In this document: positions 22,753 to 32,000 of the stretch, piece by piece
Layout: each line of letters starts with the position of its first letter
Numbering within the stretch: position 1 is the first letter of the stretch
NCBI RefSeq assembly: GCF_000195755.1
Contig: NC_002937.3
Location: 3,060,001 to 3,092,000 of the forward strand
DNA length: 32,000 nt
Direction of reading: 5' to 3'
From: Nitratidesulfovibrio vulgaris str. Hildenborough
GTDB lineage: Bacteria > Desulfobacterota > Desulfovibrionia > Desulfovibrionales > Desulfovibrionaceae
The notes under the pieces: generated by a model
Told to the model about the DNA's origin: nothing
The model's input: only the letters and a program-made list of their open reading frames with translations
The model's database searches: none
Program-made: the position numbers and the translations under genes

Positions 22753-23793
22753 CTACTTCACTCGGGGTAGCGGGGACACCCCGCCAGCAGGCGGACGGAA
22801 CCCGTCCCCTCCCTTTGCATCGCGACTCGACGACCCGCCCCTGAACCGCACGCCCTCCAGCCTGCCGTCCGTCCCGAGGCGTGCCAGCAACAGGAAAGCC
22901 GTCCCCGTCCCGCGTCCAAGCCGTTCACGCAGGAAGGGCACCAGCGTGGTGAAGCGCAGGTCGCGAAAGGCCACCAGCGAACCATCGGGCGAAGCCGTCT
23001 CCTGCGTGAGGAACATCGCGAACCATCCATAGACCCGGAAGAGTTCGTCCTGTTCCTCGAGGCGATTCCACAAACCGGGGTTGGCCTTGGCATATGTCTC
23101 GAAGGCAGGCGGGGCGTCGTCGAACAGGGTAAGCCGTGCCATGCGCCAGCTGTCGCCCGCGTCATGCACCAGCTTCCAGTAGTACGGGGTGAATCCGTCG
23201 GGGATGACGTGCACCACGGCGGGTCGCCCCTCGCTGGCGAGACGCTGCGACCACACGCCTTCAAGTGCCTTCGCCGTCCCGACGTTGGCGAGGGGGTAGG
23301 CGAACATCCACAGCACGGCGGCGACGGCGAGCCCGCGCCGACCCCACATGGCCGCCCCGGCAACAGCCGCCAGAAGCGGCAGGGTCAGCAGCGGGTCGAT
23401 GATGTACACCCCGGGCAACGCCGCCCTCCAGTCGGAGAAGGGCTGCAATATCTGGGTTCCGTAGGTGGTGATGGCATCAAGCCATATATGGACGAGGACG
23501 AGGGCGTACGAGACTCCCCACACCTTGGCGAATCCCCACCCCTGCGGTGCACGGCGCAACGGCAGGGCAAAGAGCAACGCCAGCAACAGGGCAAGCAACG
23601 CCCCCCCTGCGAAGGAATGGGTGATACCCCGGTGGATGGTGAGGTAGTCGATGGCGGAGGAACCGAAGAAGATGTCCACGTCGGGCGAAGCGGCCGCAAC
23701 CATGCCGAAGGGCAAGGCCCAAGCTGTGCGGGGCCTTTCACGCAAGGCGTACATGGCTACTGCGCCGCTGGCTACGTGGGTTATCGGGTCCAT
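22753..23793 (-). CDS. Membrane-bound metal-dependent hydrolase (DUF457, YdjM/YbcI/YfhP-like) with a C-terminal soluble extension
   Basis: 346 aa. GAGGAGG 8 nt upstream. N-terminus MDPITHVASGAV...SPDVDIF...HRGITHS is the family signature. Several TM helices are followed by a ~170-aa non-hydrophobic domain. Confidence 0.75.
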   Translation of the reverse strand: MDPITHVASGAVAMYALRERPRTAWALPFGMVAAASPDVDIFFGSSAIDYLTIHRGITHSFAGGALLALLLALLFALPLRRAPQGWGFAKVWGVSYALVLVHIWLDAITTYGTQILQPFSDWRAALPGVYIIDPLLTLPLLAAVAGAAMWGRRGLAVAAVLWMFAYPLANVGTAKALEGVWSQRLASEGRPAVVHVIPDGFTPYYWKLVHDAGDSWRMARLTLFDDAPPAFETYAKANPGLWNRLEEQDELFRVYGWFAMFLTQETASPDGSLVAFRDLRFTTLVPFLRERLGRGTGTAFLLLARLGTDGRLEGVRFRGGSSSRDAKGGDGFRPPAGGVSPLPRVK

Positions 23794-24006
23794 GGCTGAT
23801 TCCTCCTCACAACCATATCACCACTGCCAGCGCACTCGGCAAGGGGGCAATCCCCGATGCGCGCAAGAACGCCCGGGGGCTCACCACGGACCTGCGTGAA
23901 CCCCCTGAGAATGCAGGACCGTCCAGTCGCCTGCCACAGCCCCGACCATGCCTCCCGCCTCCGGAAACCGCCTGCGGTAGAGGTCTACGGAAGGCCCCGA
24001 ACATGC

Positions 24007-25119
24007 TCACACATGGTTGCGCAGCTTGAGTTCGACCGGATGCGGGTTGAGGTAGAACTGGCCTGCCAGATACTTCTCGCCATACTTGCGGACATAGTGA
24101 TTGAGCAGTGTCACGGGAACCACCAGCGGCACGAGGGCGCGGCGATAGAGGTCTATCTGTTCCAGCATCTCCTGCTTCTCGTCGGGGGTCAGTTGCTTGC
24201 GGAAATACCCCATGATGTGCTGCAGCACGTTGACGTGCTTGGCGGGGGTCGCGCGAAGCCGCAGACCTTCCATGAGCAGGCGCTGGTAAGCCTCGCGCAG
24301 TTCGTCACGGGGATAGGTCGCCGCCTGTGCCACCAGCTTTCCCATGGTGCGATAGTGCTGCGGCGAATGGGCCAGCATGAGGAGTTTGTGCCGGGTATGG
24401 AAGGCCACAAGCCCGCCCGTGTCGAGTCCGTCGTCGAGAAGCTGACGCCAGCGACGCATGACGAAGAGACGTTCGATGAAGTTCTCGCGCAGGTCGGGGT
24501 CGTTGAGCCTGCCCTCCTCCTCCACCGGCAGCAGCGGGAAACGCTCGATGAAAGCACGCGCGAACATGCCCACGCCCTTCTGCACAGGCACGCCGCCGCT
24601 CTTGCCCGTGGCGGGGTCGAATTCGGGGTAGACCTTCACGCGCTCCATGCCGCTGGACGGTGACGCGCGCTTGAAGATGTAGCCGCACAGCCCCTCGCCT
24701 TCGAGTTCGGCCACGCGGCGCTCCGCCCACGCCCTCATCCTGTCCGTCCAGTCCTCGCCATGCTTCACGGTGACAAGGCGCGGCGCGGAAGGGTCGCCCA
24801 CGAGGCGCAGCGCCTCGCGCGGGATACCCATGCCGCACTCCACCTCGGGACAGACGGGCACGAAATCGAGGTAGGCTCCAAGCACGTTGACCACCCACGG
24901 GTCGAACTTGTGTCCGCCATCGAACCGCACCGGATTGCCCAGCAGGCACGAGCTTATCCCGATGCGGATGCGCCCGCCGGGCAGATGCGCCGCATCGGGC
25001 AGATTCGCGGTGGAGGGGGCAGGCTCGCCGCCTCCCTTCGCGGCGGTCTCGAGACGGGGCTGACGGTTCGCGTCGTCGATGCCAGCGGGGTGACAGTCGT
25101 CACAACGGTTTGAACTCAT
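24007..25119 (-). CDS. YbgA-like protein (DUF523 fused to DUF1722)
   Basis: 370 aa. GAGGAGG upstream. IGISSCLLGNPVRFDGGHK and CPEVECGMGIPRE are DUF523-like. The C-terminal half (HTRHKLLMLAHSPQHYRTMG, HIMGYFRKQLTPDEKQEMLE) is YbgA/DUF1722-like. A ~50-aa N-terminal extension precedes these domains. Confidence 0.75.
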   Translation of the reverse strand: MSSNRCDDCHPAGIDDANRQPRLETAAKGGGEPAPSTANLPDAAHLPGGRIRIGISSCLLGNPVRFDGGHKFDPWVVNVLGAYLDFVPVCPEVECGMGIPREALRLVGDPSAPRLVTVKHGEDWTDRMRAWAERRVAELEGEGLCGYIFKRASPSSGMERVKVYPEFDPATGKSGGVPVQKGVGMFARAFIERFPLLPVEEEGRLNDPDLRENFIERLFVMRRWRQLLDDGLDTGGLVAFHTRHKLLMLAHSPQHYRTMGKLVAQAATYPRDELREAYQRLLMEGLRLRATPAKHVNVLQHIMGYFRKQLTPDEKQEMLEQIDLYRRALVPLVVPVTLLNHYVRKYGEKYLAGQFYLNPHPVELKLRNHV

Positions 25120-25456
25120 GGTTGCCTCCTCTTCGTCGGTGCTTACCTGTATGCTTCACGCCGGGACGACCTCACTGCCTACGCGGGTACTCCGCCTGTG
25201 CCAGCTTGCCACCGTTGCCAGCATGCTGACCGGCTGGCTGGACGCCCTGCATCACCTTGTGGCAGAAGGCAGGGCTTCCGCCCCGTAGCGGTGGAGGACA
25301 GACTTCCAGTCACATGGCCCCGTCGTGCAGCGGAAGAGGGCCGGACCGAGTCCCGTCCCCGGGCTTCCGCCCGGAATCTGCCACACACGACTAGCCACAC
25401 TGGAACAGGCCCCTGTCCCTTTCGCCCGTTCCGGACACTTCAGGAGACCATACGCC

Positions 25457-26089
25457 ATGACACAGCATCCAGCCAGCCCCGCGCGGGCAGTACTCTACGA
25501 TTTCAGCGGCGTACTCGCCGAAGAGGGGTTCATTTCGGGCCTGCGGGCCATCGCCGCGGAAAACGGCCTCGACCCGCAAGCCTTCGTGCGCGCCGCCACG
25601 GATGTCTGCTACACATCCGGCTACGCCGACGGGCTTGCCCCGGCATCCGCCTTCTGGCAGGGCGTGCGCCAAGTCACGGGCATCACCCACGACGACGCCA
25701 CCCTTCAGGAGGCCGTGCTTTCGCGCTTCGTCATCCGGCCGGACATGTTCGCCGACGTGGACGCCTTGCGCGAACAGGGCCTCACCGTGGCCCTCGTCTC
25801 CGACCATACCGACTGGCTTGAGACCCTCGACGACCGCCATGGCGTCTTCCACCACTTCGACCACGCCTTCTCGTCATTCCGTGAGAAACGCAACAAGCGC
25901 ACCGGAGAACTCTTCGACCGTGCCCTCGACGTGCTCGGACTCGCCCCGGAACAGACCATGTTCTTCGACGACAACGCAGGGAACGTCGAGCGCGCCATCC
26001 TGCGAGGCATCGACGCCCGCCTGTTCACCGACAAGCCGGCCTACCGCGCCGACCTCGCCTCGCGGCTGCCGCACCTCCGCATGCCCTGA
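25457..26089 (+). CDS. HAD-superfamily hydrolase (subfamily IA-like)
   Basis: In-frame ATG at 25457 with AGGAG 10 nt upstream (the track start is 25325). 210 aa. Motif I reads LYDFSGVL (D-x-S rather than D-x-D), motif II is VALVSD, motif IV is FFDDNAGNV. Confidence 0.7.
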   Translation: MTQHPASPARAVLYDFSGVLAEEGFISGLRAIAAENGLDPQAFVRAATDVCYTSGYADGLAPASAFWQGVRQVTGITHDDATLQEAVLSRFVIRPDMFADVDALREQGLTVALVSDHTDWLETLDDRHGVFHHFDHAFSSFREKRNKRTGELFDRALDVLGLAPEQTMFFDDNAGNVERAILRGIDARLFTDKPAYRADLASRLPHLRMP

Positions 26090-26198
26090 CCGGCGACAAC
26101 CGGCCCGGTGGCCAGTGCCCCCGTTGCCAACGGGCTACGTTTTGCCTACAGTGCCCCATCACGAAACGACGACCGGCGGGCCGTTCCCGCGGAGCATC

Positions 26199-26852
26199 AT
26201 GCGAAACCCCTCCATCAGCATCACCCCCGAAGGCCTACCCGCCATCGGTCTTTGCACCCTCGCAACCCTCACCTTCGCGCTCATCGGCTGCTGGGTGATG
26301 GCTGTCATCTTTCTGCTGCTCACGTGGTTCTGCTGCCACTTCTTCCGCGACCCTGAACGCGTCACGCCCACAGGGGCAGGTCTCGCGGTCAGCCCCGCGG
26401 ACGGCCGGGTCATCCGCGTCGAACCGGTCACCGACCCCATCACGGGTGAGAAGCGCACCTGCGTGTGCATCTTCATGAACGTGTTCAACGTCCATGTGAA
26501 CCGCATGCCCGTGGCGGGCACCATCCGCAACATCGTCTATCATCCCGGCAAGTTCTTCAACGCCGCGTGGGACAAGGCTGCCACCGACAACGAACGGTGC
26601 GACTACCTCATCGAGGATGCCGAAGGCGGCAAGTGGACCATGGTGCAGATAGCCGGACTCATCGCGCGGCGCATCGTCTGCCGCGTGGACGAGGGCGACA
26701 CGCTGACCCGCGGCGAACGCTATGGCATGATACGCTTCGGTTCGCGGGTTGACCTTTACCTGCCGGACGGCTATTGTCCGACCGTGTCCGTCGGGGAACA
26801 TGTCTTCGCGGGGCAGACCATCGTCGCCCGCAAGTCCCCTGAAGGGGCCTAG
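26199..26852 (+). CDS. psd: Phosphatidylserine decarboxylase proenzyme (short, membrane-anchored type)
   Basis: ATG at 26199 with GGAG upstream (the track ORF begins far upstream at 25602). 217 aa. N-terminal TM helices, [15 protein letters not shown], and the self-cleavage site context [13 protein letters not shown]. Confidence 0.85.
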   Translation: MRNPSISITPEGLPAIGLCTLATLTFALIGCWVMAVIFLLLTWFCCHFFRDPERVTPTGAGLAVSPADGRVIRVEPVTDPITGEKRTCVCIFMNVFNVHVNRMPVAGTIRNIVYHPGKFFNAAWDKAATDNERCDYLIEDAEGGKWTMVQIAGLIARRIVCRVDEGDTLTRGERYGMIRFGSRVDLYLPDGYCPTVSVGEHVFAGQTIVARKSPEGA

Positions 26853-26914
26853 CCCGCGCAGCAGGGCACGGCGCAACGCACCATTCCGGTGTGCGCCATA
26901 CAGGAACCAAGGCA

Positions 26915-27664
26915 ATGGAACAGAAGACCGGACCAGTACATAAGGGAGTCTACATCCTCCCCAACCTCTTCACCACGGCGAGCCTCTTCTCGGGCTTTCT
27001 GGGGCTGTTGTGGGCTGCGTCCGGTGAATACGAAGCCTGTGCCATGGCCATCCTGTTCAGCGCCCTCATGGACGGTCTCGACGGCAAGGTGGCGCGTCTC
27101 ACCAACACCGCCAGCGAATTCGGCGTACAGTACGACTCGCTGTGCGACCTCGTCGCCTTCGGTGTGGCCCCCGCCTTCCTCGTCTGGAACTGGCAGCTCA
27201 AGCAATTCGGCCGCCTCGGCATCGCCGTGGCCTTTCTGCTCGCCGTGTGCGGTGCGCTTCGACTGGCGCGCTTCAACATCTCCACGGCTGTCACGTCCAA
27301 GAAGTTCTTCACGGGGCTGCCCATCCCCGCCGCAGGCTGCACGCTTGCCGCGATGGTGTTCTTCCAGCCCTACGTCCCCGAACAGCTGATGCACGCCTTC
27401 CCGGCGTTCACACTCGGCGTCACGTTCGTGCTCTCCTTCCTCATGGTGAGCCGTGTACGCTATGCCTCCTTCAAGGAATACGGGCTGATCAAGGCCCACC
27501 CGTTCAGCTCGATGGTCACCGCCATCCTGTTGTTCGTCCTTGTCTCCTCTGAACCCAAGCTCTTGGGGTTCATGGTGTTTGCGGGTTACCTGATTTCGGG
27601 CCCCGTATACACCTTCATCATTCTTCCGCGTCGCTCCCACAAGCTACTACGCAGCCTAGCATAG
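26915..27664 (+). CDS. pssA: CDP-diacylglycerol--serine O-phosphatidyltransferase
   Basis: 249 aa starting at MEQKTG. CDP-alcohol phosphatidyltransferase motif DGLDGKVARLTNTASEFGVQYDSLCD (D-G-x2-A-R-x8-G-x3-D-x3-D). Polytopic. It follows psd directly. Confidence 0.9.
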   Translation: MEQKTGPVHKGVYILPNLFTTASLFSGFLGLLWAASGEYEACAMAILFSALMDGLDGKVARLTNTASEFGVQYDSLCDLVAFGVAPAFLVWNWQLKQFGRLGIAVAFLLAVCGALRLARFNISTAVTSKKFFTGLPIPAAGCTLAAMVFFQPYVPEQLMHAFPAFTLGVTFVLSFLMVSRVRYASFKEYGLIKAHPFSSMVTAILLFVLVSSEPKLLGFMVFAGYLISGPVYTFIILPRRSHKLLRSLA

Positions 27665-27840
27665 GTTGACGTAGCCGGCGCCCCCGTACTCAACCGTCTC
27701 AGGAACGCGAGCCGTTCCGGGCGGGCGTGTACCCCCCAGCAAAGATATCTCAGGCGTCCGTCCGGCCGGCCCGCATACGTGCAACCAGCGGCAGACACCA
27801 GACGACCTGTCATGTCGCGCAAGGCCAGAGGAGCATCATC

Positions 27841-29370
27841 ATGGCGGAACGTATCCGTATCTTCGACACTACCCTGCGTGACGGCGAGCAGTCTCCCGGC
27901 GCGACCATGAACATCAAGGAAAAGCTGCGCCTCGCCCACCAGTTGCAGACACTGGGCGTGGACATCATCGAGGCAGGTTTTCCCGCCGCCAGCCCCGGCG
28001 ACTTCGAGTCGGTCCGTGCCATCGCCAAGACCGTGAAGGGCATGACCGTGGCAGGCCTCTGCCGCGCCCTCCCCGCCGACATCGACAGGGCGTGGGACGC
28101 CGTGTGCGTCGCCGAATCGCCGCGCCTGCACACCTTCCTCGCCACGTCGCCGGTGCACATGCAGTACAAGCTGCGCAAGACCCCCGACGAAGTGGTGCGC
28201 ATGGTCGACGCCGCCGTGCGCCATGCCGCAGGGCACACCTCCAACGTGGAATTCTCCGCCGAAGACGCCTCGCGTTCGGACAGGGACTTCCTCGTGCGGG
28301 TGTTCACCACGGCCATCGAAGCAGGTGCCACCACCATCAACATCCCCGACACCGTGGGCTATGCCCAGCCCGAGGAGTTCGGCGCACTGGTTCGCTATGT
28401 CATCGAGAACACGCCCAATGCGCACAAGGCCGTGTTCAGCGTGCATTGCCACAACGACCTCGGCCTCGGGGTTGCCAACACCCTTGCGGCCCTGCGCGCA
28501 GGCGCACGGCAGGCAGAGGTGACCATATCCGGCATCGGCGAACGTGCGGGCAACGCGGCCCTCGAAGAACTGGTCATGGCCCTGCGCACCCGGCACGACT
28601 ACTTCGGCCTCGACACGGGCATCGTCACCGAACAACTCTACCCGACCTGCCGCCTGCTCTCCATGATCATCGGTCAGCCCATTCCGGCCAACAAGGCCAT
28701 CGTGGGCGCCAACGCCTTCGCGCACGAGTCCGGCATCCATCAGGACGGCATGCTCAAGCACCGCGAGACCTACGAGATCATGACCCCCGAATCCATCGGG
28801 CGCACCCGCACCGAACTGGTGCTCGGCAAGCACTCCGGGCGCAACGCGGTGAAGAACAAGCTCGAGGAACTGGGCTACCGCCTTGAAGAGGACCAGCTCA
28901 ACACCGTGTTCGACGCCGTCAAGCAACTGGCCGACAAGAAGAAGCAGATTCACGACGAGGACGTCGAGGCACTGGTGCTTGAAGAGGTGTACCGCATCCC
29001 CGACCGCTACCGGCTGGTGAACCTCAGCGTACAATGTTCGGACACCGGCATGCCGCCCACGGCTGCCGTCGTCATGGAAGTGGACGGCGAGACCATGCGC
29101 CACGCCGGTTTCGGGGCAGGCCCCATCGACGCCGTGTTCAACGCCATCGCCCATATCGTGGGCCGTACACCGCAGCTTGAACGCTACTCGGTGACGGCGA
29201 TTACCGGAGGTACCGACGCACAGGGCGAAGTGACCGTGCGGGTGCGCGAGAACGGCGGCACGGCCGTCGGACGCGGCAGCCACCCGGACATCATCATCGC
29301 CAGTGCGCGCGCCTACCTCAACGCACTCAACAGACTGGTCAAGAAGGAAGAAGAGAAGGAGGGCATCTAG
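27841..29370 (+). CDS. leuA: 2-isopropylmalate synthase
   Basis: ATG at 27841 with GAGGAG 7 nt upstream. 509 aa. IFDTTLRDGEQSPG, HCHNDLGLGVANTLAAL, and a C-terminal LeuA dimerisation/regulatory domain. Confidence 0.95.
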   Translation: MAERIRIFDTTLRDGEQSPGATMNIKEKLRLAHQLQTLGVDIIEAGFPAASPGDFESVRAIAKTVKGMTVAGLCRALPADIDRAWDAVCVAESPRLHTFLATSPVHMQYKLRKTPDEVVRMVDAAVRHAAGHTSNVEFSAEDASRSDRDFLVRVFTTAIEAGATTINIPDTVGYAQPEEFGALVRYVIENTPNAHKAVFSVHCHNDLGLGVANTLAALRAGARQAEVTISGIGERAGNAALEELVMALRTRHDYFGLDTGIVTEQLYPTCRLLSMIIGQPIPANKAIVGANAFAHESGIHQDGMLKHRETYEIMTPESIGRTRTELVLGKHSGRNAVKNKLEELGYRLEEDQLNTVFDAVKQLADKKKQIHDEDVEALVLEEVYRIPDRYRLVNLSVQCSDTGMPPTAAVVMEVDGETMRHAGFGAGPIDAVFNAIAHIVGRTPQLERYSVTAITGGTDAQGEVTVRVRENGGTAVGRGSHPDIIIASARAYLNALNRLVKKEEEKEGI

Positions 29371-29371
29371 G

Positions 29372-30631
29372 ATGGCTCACACGCTTGCACAGAAGATACT
29401 GCAAAGGCACACCGACGAAGCCATCACCGATGCCGGGCAGATCGTACGCTGCCGCGTCTCGATGGTGCTGGCCAACGACATCACGGCCCCGCTGGCCATC
29501 AAATCCTTCCGGGCCATGGGTGCGAAGCGCGTCTTCGACAAGGACCGCGTGGCACTGGTCATGGACCACTTCACCCCGCAGAAGGACATCGAGGCGGCAC
29601 AGCAGGTGAAGCTCACCCGCGAATTCGCCCGCGAGATGGGCGTGACCCACTACTACGAAGGCGGCGACTGCGGCGTGGAACACGCGCTCTTGCCTGAACT
29701 CGGTCTCGTGGGGCCGGGCGACGTGGTGGTGGGGGCCGACAGCCACACCTGCACCTACGGCGGCCTCGGGGCGTTCGCCACGGGTCTCGGTTCCACCGAC
29801 GTGGCAGGTGCCATGGCCCTCGGCGAGACGTGGTTCAAGGTGCCGCCCACCATCCGTGCCACCTTCACGGGCACGCTGCCCGCCTATGTGGGAGCCAAGG
29901 ACCTCATCCTCACGCTCATCGGTGCCATCGGCGTCGACGGTGCGCTGTACCGCGCACTGGAGTTCGACGGTGCGGCCATCGAAGCCCTCGACGTGGAAGG
30001 TCGCATGACCATGGCGAACATGGCCATCGAAGCTGGCGGCAAGGCCGGACTCTTCGCCGCCGACGCCAAGACGCTCACGTACTGCACCACCGCCGGACGC
30101 ACGGGTGATACGGCGTTCAGCGCCGACGCCGGGGCGGTGTACGAGCGCGAACTCTCCTTCGACGTGACGGGCATGACCCCGGTGGTCGCCTGCCCGCACC
30201 TGCCCGACAACGTGAAGCCCGTCTCCGAGGTGAAGGACGTGACCGTGCAGCAGGTGGTCATCGGGTCGTGCACCAACGGGCGCATCGGCGACCTGCGCGA
30301 AGCGGCTGCCGTCCTGCGCGGGCGCAAGGTGTCGCGTGACGTGCGCTGCATCGTCCTGCCCGCCACCCCCGGCATCTGGCGTCAGGCACTGCGCGAGGGA
30401 CTCATCGAGACCTTCATGGAAGCGGGCTGCATCGTCGGCCCCGCCACCTGCGGCCCCTGCCTTGGCGGACACATGGGCATCCTCGCCGACGGCGAGCGCG
30501 CCATCGCCACCACCAACCGCAACTTCAAGGGGCGCATGGGCAGTCTCGAGTCGGAGGTCTACCTCTCCGGGCCTGCCACGGCTGCCGCCTCCGCCGTCAC
30601 CGGCGTCATCACCGACCCCTCAACCCTCTAG
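29372..30631 (+). CDS. leuC: 3-isopropylmalate dehydratase large subunit (~420-aa type)
   Basis: ATG 1 nt after the leuA stop, AAGGAGGG upstream. 419 aa. Aconitase-family motifs [26 protein letters not shown] (Fe-S cysteines). Confidence 0.95.
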   Translation: MAHTLAQKILQRHTDEAITDAGQIVRCRVSMVLANDITAPLAIKSFRAMGAKRVFDKDRVALVMDHFTPQKDIEAAQQVKLTREFAREMGVTHYYEGGDCGVEHALLPELGLVGPGDVVVGADSHTCTYGGLGAFATGLGSTDVAGAMALGETWFKVPPTIRATFTGTLPAYVGAKDLILTLIGAIGVDGALYRALEFDGAAIEALDVEGRMTMANMAIEAGGKAGLFAADAKTLTYCTTAGRTGDTAFSADAGAVYERELSFDVTGMTPVVACPHLPDNVKPVSEVKDVTVQQVVIGSCTNGRIGDLREAAAVLRGRKVSRDVRCIVLPATPGIWRQALREGLIETFMEAGCIVGPATCGPCLGGHMGILADGERAIATTNRNFKGRMGSLESEVYLSGPATAAASAVTGVITDPSTL

Positions 30632-30648
30632 CCGACGAAGGAACGACC

Positions 30649-31152
30649 ATGCGTTACGCAGGAACGGCCCACAAGGTGGGCGACCATATCGATACCGACG
30701 CCATCATCCCGGCGCGCTTCCTCGTCACCACCGATGCGCAGAAGCTCGGCGAGAACTGCATGGAGGGGCTCGAACACGGCTGGGTGGCGCGCGTGAAATC
30801 CGGCGACATCATGGTGGGCGGCCGCAACTTCGGGTGCGGTTCGTCGCGCGAACACGCCCCCATCGCCATCCTCGGTGCGGGAATGCCCGTAGTGGTGGCG
30901 CACAGCTTCGCACGCATCTTCTACCGCAACGGCTTCAACATGGGCCTGCTGCTGCTTGAGGTGGGCGACGATGTCGACAAGATAGCGGACGGTGACGACA
31001 TCGAGGTCGATGCCGCATCGGGCGTCATCACCAATCGCACCACGGGTGCCACCATCACCTGCGCACCCGTGCCGCAATCCATGCGCGAATTGCTGGATAC
31101 GGGCGGGCTCGTGCCTTACGTCCGCGCACGCCTCGAAAGGGAGAACGGCTAG
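30649..31152 (+). CDS. leuD: 3-isopropylmalate dehydratase small subunit
   Basis: 167 aa. [37 protein letters not shown]. Confidence 0.95.
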   Translation: MRYAGTAHKVGDHIDTDAIIPARFLVTTDAQKLGENCMEGLEHGWVARVKSGDIMVGGRNFGCGSSREHAPIAILGAGMPVVVAHSFARIFYRNGFNMGLLLLEVGDDVDKIADGDDIEVDAASGVITNRTTGATITCAPVPQSMRELLDTGGLVPYVRARLERENG

Positions 31153-31154
31153 CG

Positions 31155-32000
31155 ATGCGTACCAGCCTCGAATGCCTTCCCTGCATGATGCGGCAGGCGC
31201 TGCGCGTGTTGCACCTTGCCGTGCCCGACACCATGCCCGCCGATGCGGAGGCACCGGACACGTCCGGGCAGCCCGCCGCGCCCCTGCGGGCCGAGGGGCC
31301 GTGTACCCCCTGCACTGAAGCGGAACGCACCGGAACAGGCGCTGCGGCAGCATCCCCCTGTACAACAAGCACGGCACGCGCCGCACACGCGCGGCGCGAG
31401 GCCATCGCCAAGCGCTTCATGGAACGGGTGTCGCGTCTCGACTTCGCCGAATCGCCCCCCGGAGTGCTGCGCCATCTCTACGGCATGGTGCGCGAGGAGA
31501 CCGGCGTGGCCGACCCCTACGCCGTCGAGAAAGCTGCGGCCAATGCACGGGCACTGGAACTTCTTCCAGGGCTGCGTGAACGGGTGCGTAAGGCGGAAGA
31601 CCCGCTTCTCACGGCACTGCATCTCTCGGTCATCGGCAACTACCTCGATGCCGGAACGGGTATCGAGTTCGACTGGGAAGGTGCGCTTGAACGCGAACAG
31701 TCCCGGGACCTTGCAGCGGGCGGCACATACGCCCGCTTCAGCCAGAAAGTGCGGCAGGGTGCCGGTGTCGTCGTTGTCGGCGACAACTGCGGCGAAATCG
31801 CGCTCGACACGCTGCTGGTCTCTGAACTTCTGCGGAAGGGCTGCAACGTGACCTACGCCGTACGCGACGTGCCCGTACTCAACGACGCCACGCTTGAGGA
31901 TGCCGACGCGGTGGGCATGACAGCCCTGTGCCGCGTGGTCTCTTCAGGGTGCGACGCCCCCGGCACTGTCGCCGACCGCTGTTCGCCAGCCTTTCTCACG
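31155..32000 (+). CDS. DUF89 (ARMT1-like damage-control phosphatase family) protein, 3'-truncated by the window end
   Basis: Not in the ORF track because no stop is reached. My own translation from the ATG at 31155 (2 nt after the leuD stop) is open for 282 codons to the window end. N-terminal ECLPCMMRQALR and later GDNCGEIALDTLLV are the DUF89 signatures I recognise. A ~55-aa Ala/Pro/Thr-rich insertion follows the N-terminal helix. Confidence 0.65.
   Translation, partial: MRTSLECLPCMMRQALRVLHLAVPDTMPADAEAPDTSGQPAAPLRAEGPCTPCTEAERTGTGAAAASPCTTSTARAAHARREAIAKRFMERVSRLDFAESPPGVLRHLYGMVREETGVADPYAVEKAAANARALELLPGLRERVRKAEDPLLTALHLSVIGNYLDAGTGIEFDWEGALEREQSRDLAAGGTYARFSQKVRQGAGVVVVGDNCGEIALDTLLVSELLRKGCNVTYAVRDVPVLNDATLEDADAVGMTALCRVVSSGCDAPGTVADRCSPAFLT

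Noticed and set aside
22641-22844. 67-aa plus-strand ORF and a TGCCGCACCTTTTGCC sigma-54-like string (about 22667-22682) between ihfB and the hydrolase gene
   Set aside because: The invariant GG of the -24 box is GC here. The ORF overlaps the 3' end of the hydrolase gene on the opposite strand and has no SD or recognisable product.
27586-29283. 565-aa minus-strand ORF opposite leuA. The same reasoning applies to 29339-30472 opposite leuC, 30628-31386 opposite leuD, 20316-21386 opposite the GT8 gene, 11628-12890 and 12376-13239 opposite the receiver and kinase genes, and 6870-7859 opposite the PAS activator.
   Set aside because: All are antisense shadows of genes with canonical motifs. Their compositions are dominated by Arg/Gly/Ala/His, and they have no SD sequences. 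No evidence supports overlapping genes.
1-32000. Search for CRISPR arrays, IS or transposon ends, integrase or phage genes, rRNA, and toxin-antitoxin or defence-island signatures
   Set aside because: I saw no regularly spaced direct repeats, no long terminal inverted repeats, and no transposase-, integrase- or nuclease-like ORFs. Apart from a few short AT-rich promoter-type patches (about 4085-4100, 5200-5445, 11520-11633 and 22520-22560), composition looks uniform by eye, which fits core chromosome rather than an accessory island.

Overview
High-GC (roughly 63-65%) bacterial chromosomal window. Gene content and codon style resemble a Desulfovibrio-type sulfate reducer; that is an inference and could not be verified here. 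I support 30 protein-coding genes, 2 tRNAs and several promoter, terminator and repeat elements. In order: a MocR/GntR-PLP regulator (107-1669); a compact tRNA-Gln/tRNA-Glu unit with its own promoter and terminator (1712-1969); a membrane GGDEF diguanylate cyclase (2063-3742); a structured 420-nt convergent spacer; a sensor-less sigma-54 activator (4162-5199, minus strand) divergent from a sigma-54-type promoter that drives a TauE/SafE-type permease and a small membrane partner (5246-6873). Next comes a dense sensory cluster (6958-15017): a PAS sigma-54 activator, a NifX-fold protein, a Cache histidine kinase, a receiver, a degenerate kinase-like protein, a small repeat protein, a receiver, a receiver-kinase hybrid, and a convergent receiver-kinase hybrid. 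After that: acetyl-CoA synthetase divergent from a Pat/YfiQ-type protein acetyltransferase (15266-20172); a minus-strand run of ihfB, an orphan cheD and a GT8 glycosyltransferase (20514-22487); a DUF457-type membrane hydrolase; a YbgA-like DUF523/DUF1722 protein; a HAD hydrolase; psd-pssA; and leuA-leuC-leuD followed by a DUF89 gene that runs off the window end. I found no CRISPR array, mobile element or rRNA. The most unusual content is the multi-kinase, multi-receiver cluster, which has no receiver-coupled output domain, contains a pseudo-kinase, and has a short peptide motif shared between two adjacent genes. Many long ORFs in the track are antisense artefacts of the high GC content and were rejected. 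All functional calls rest on motif recognition by eye; no database search was run.
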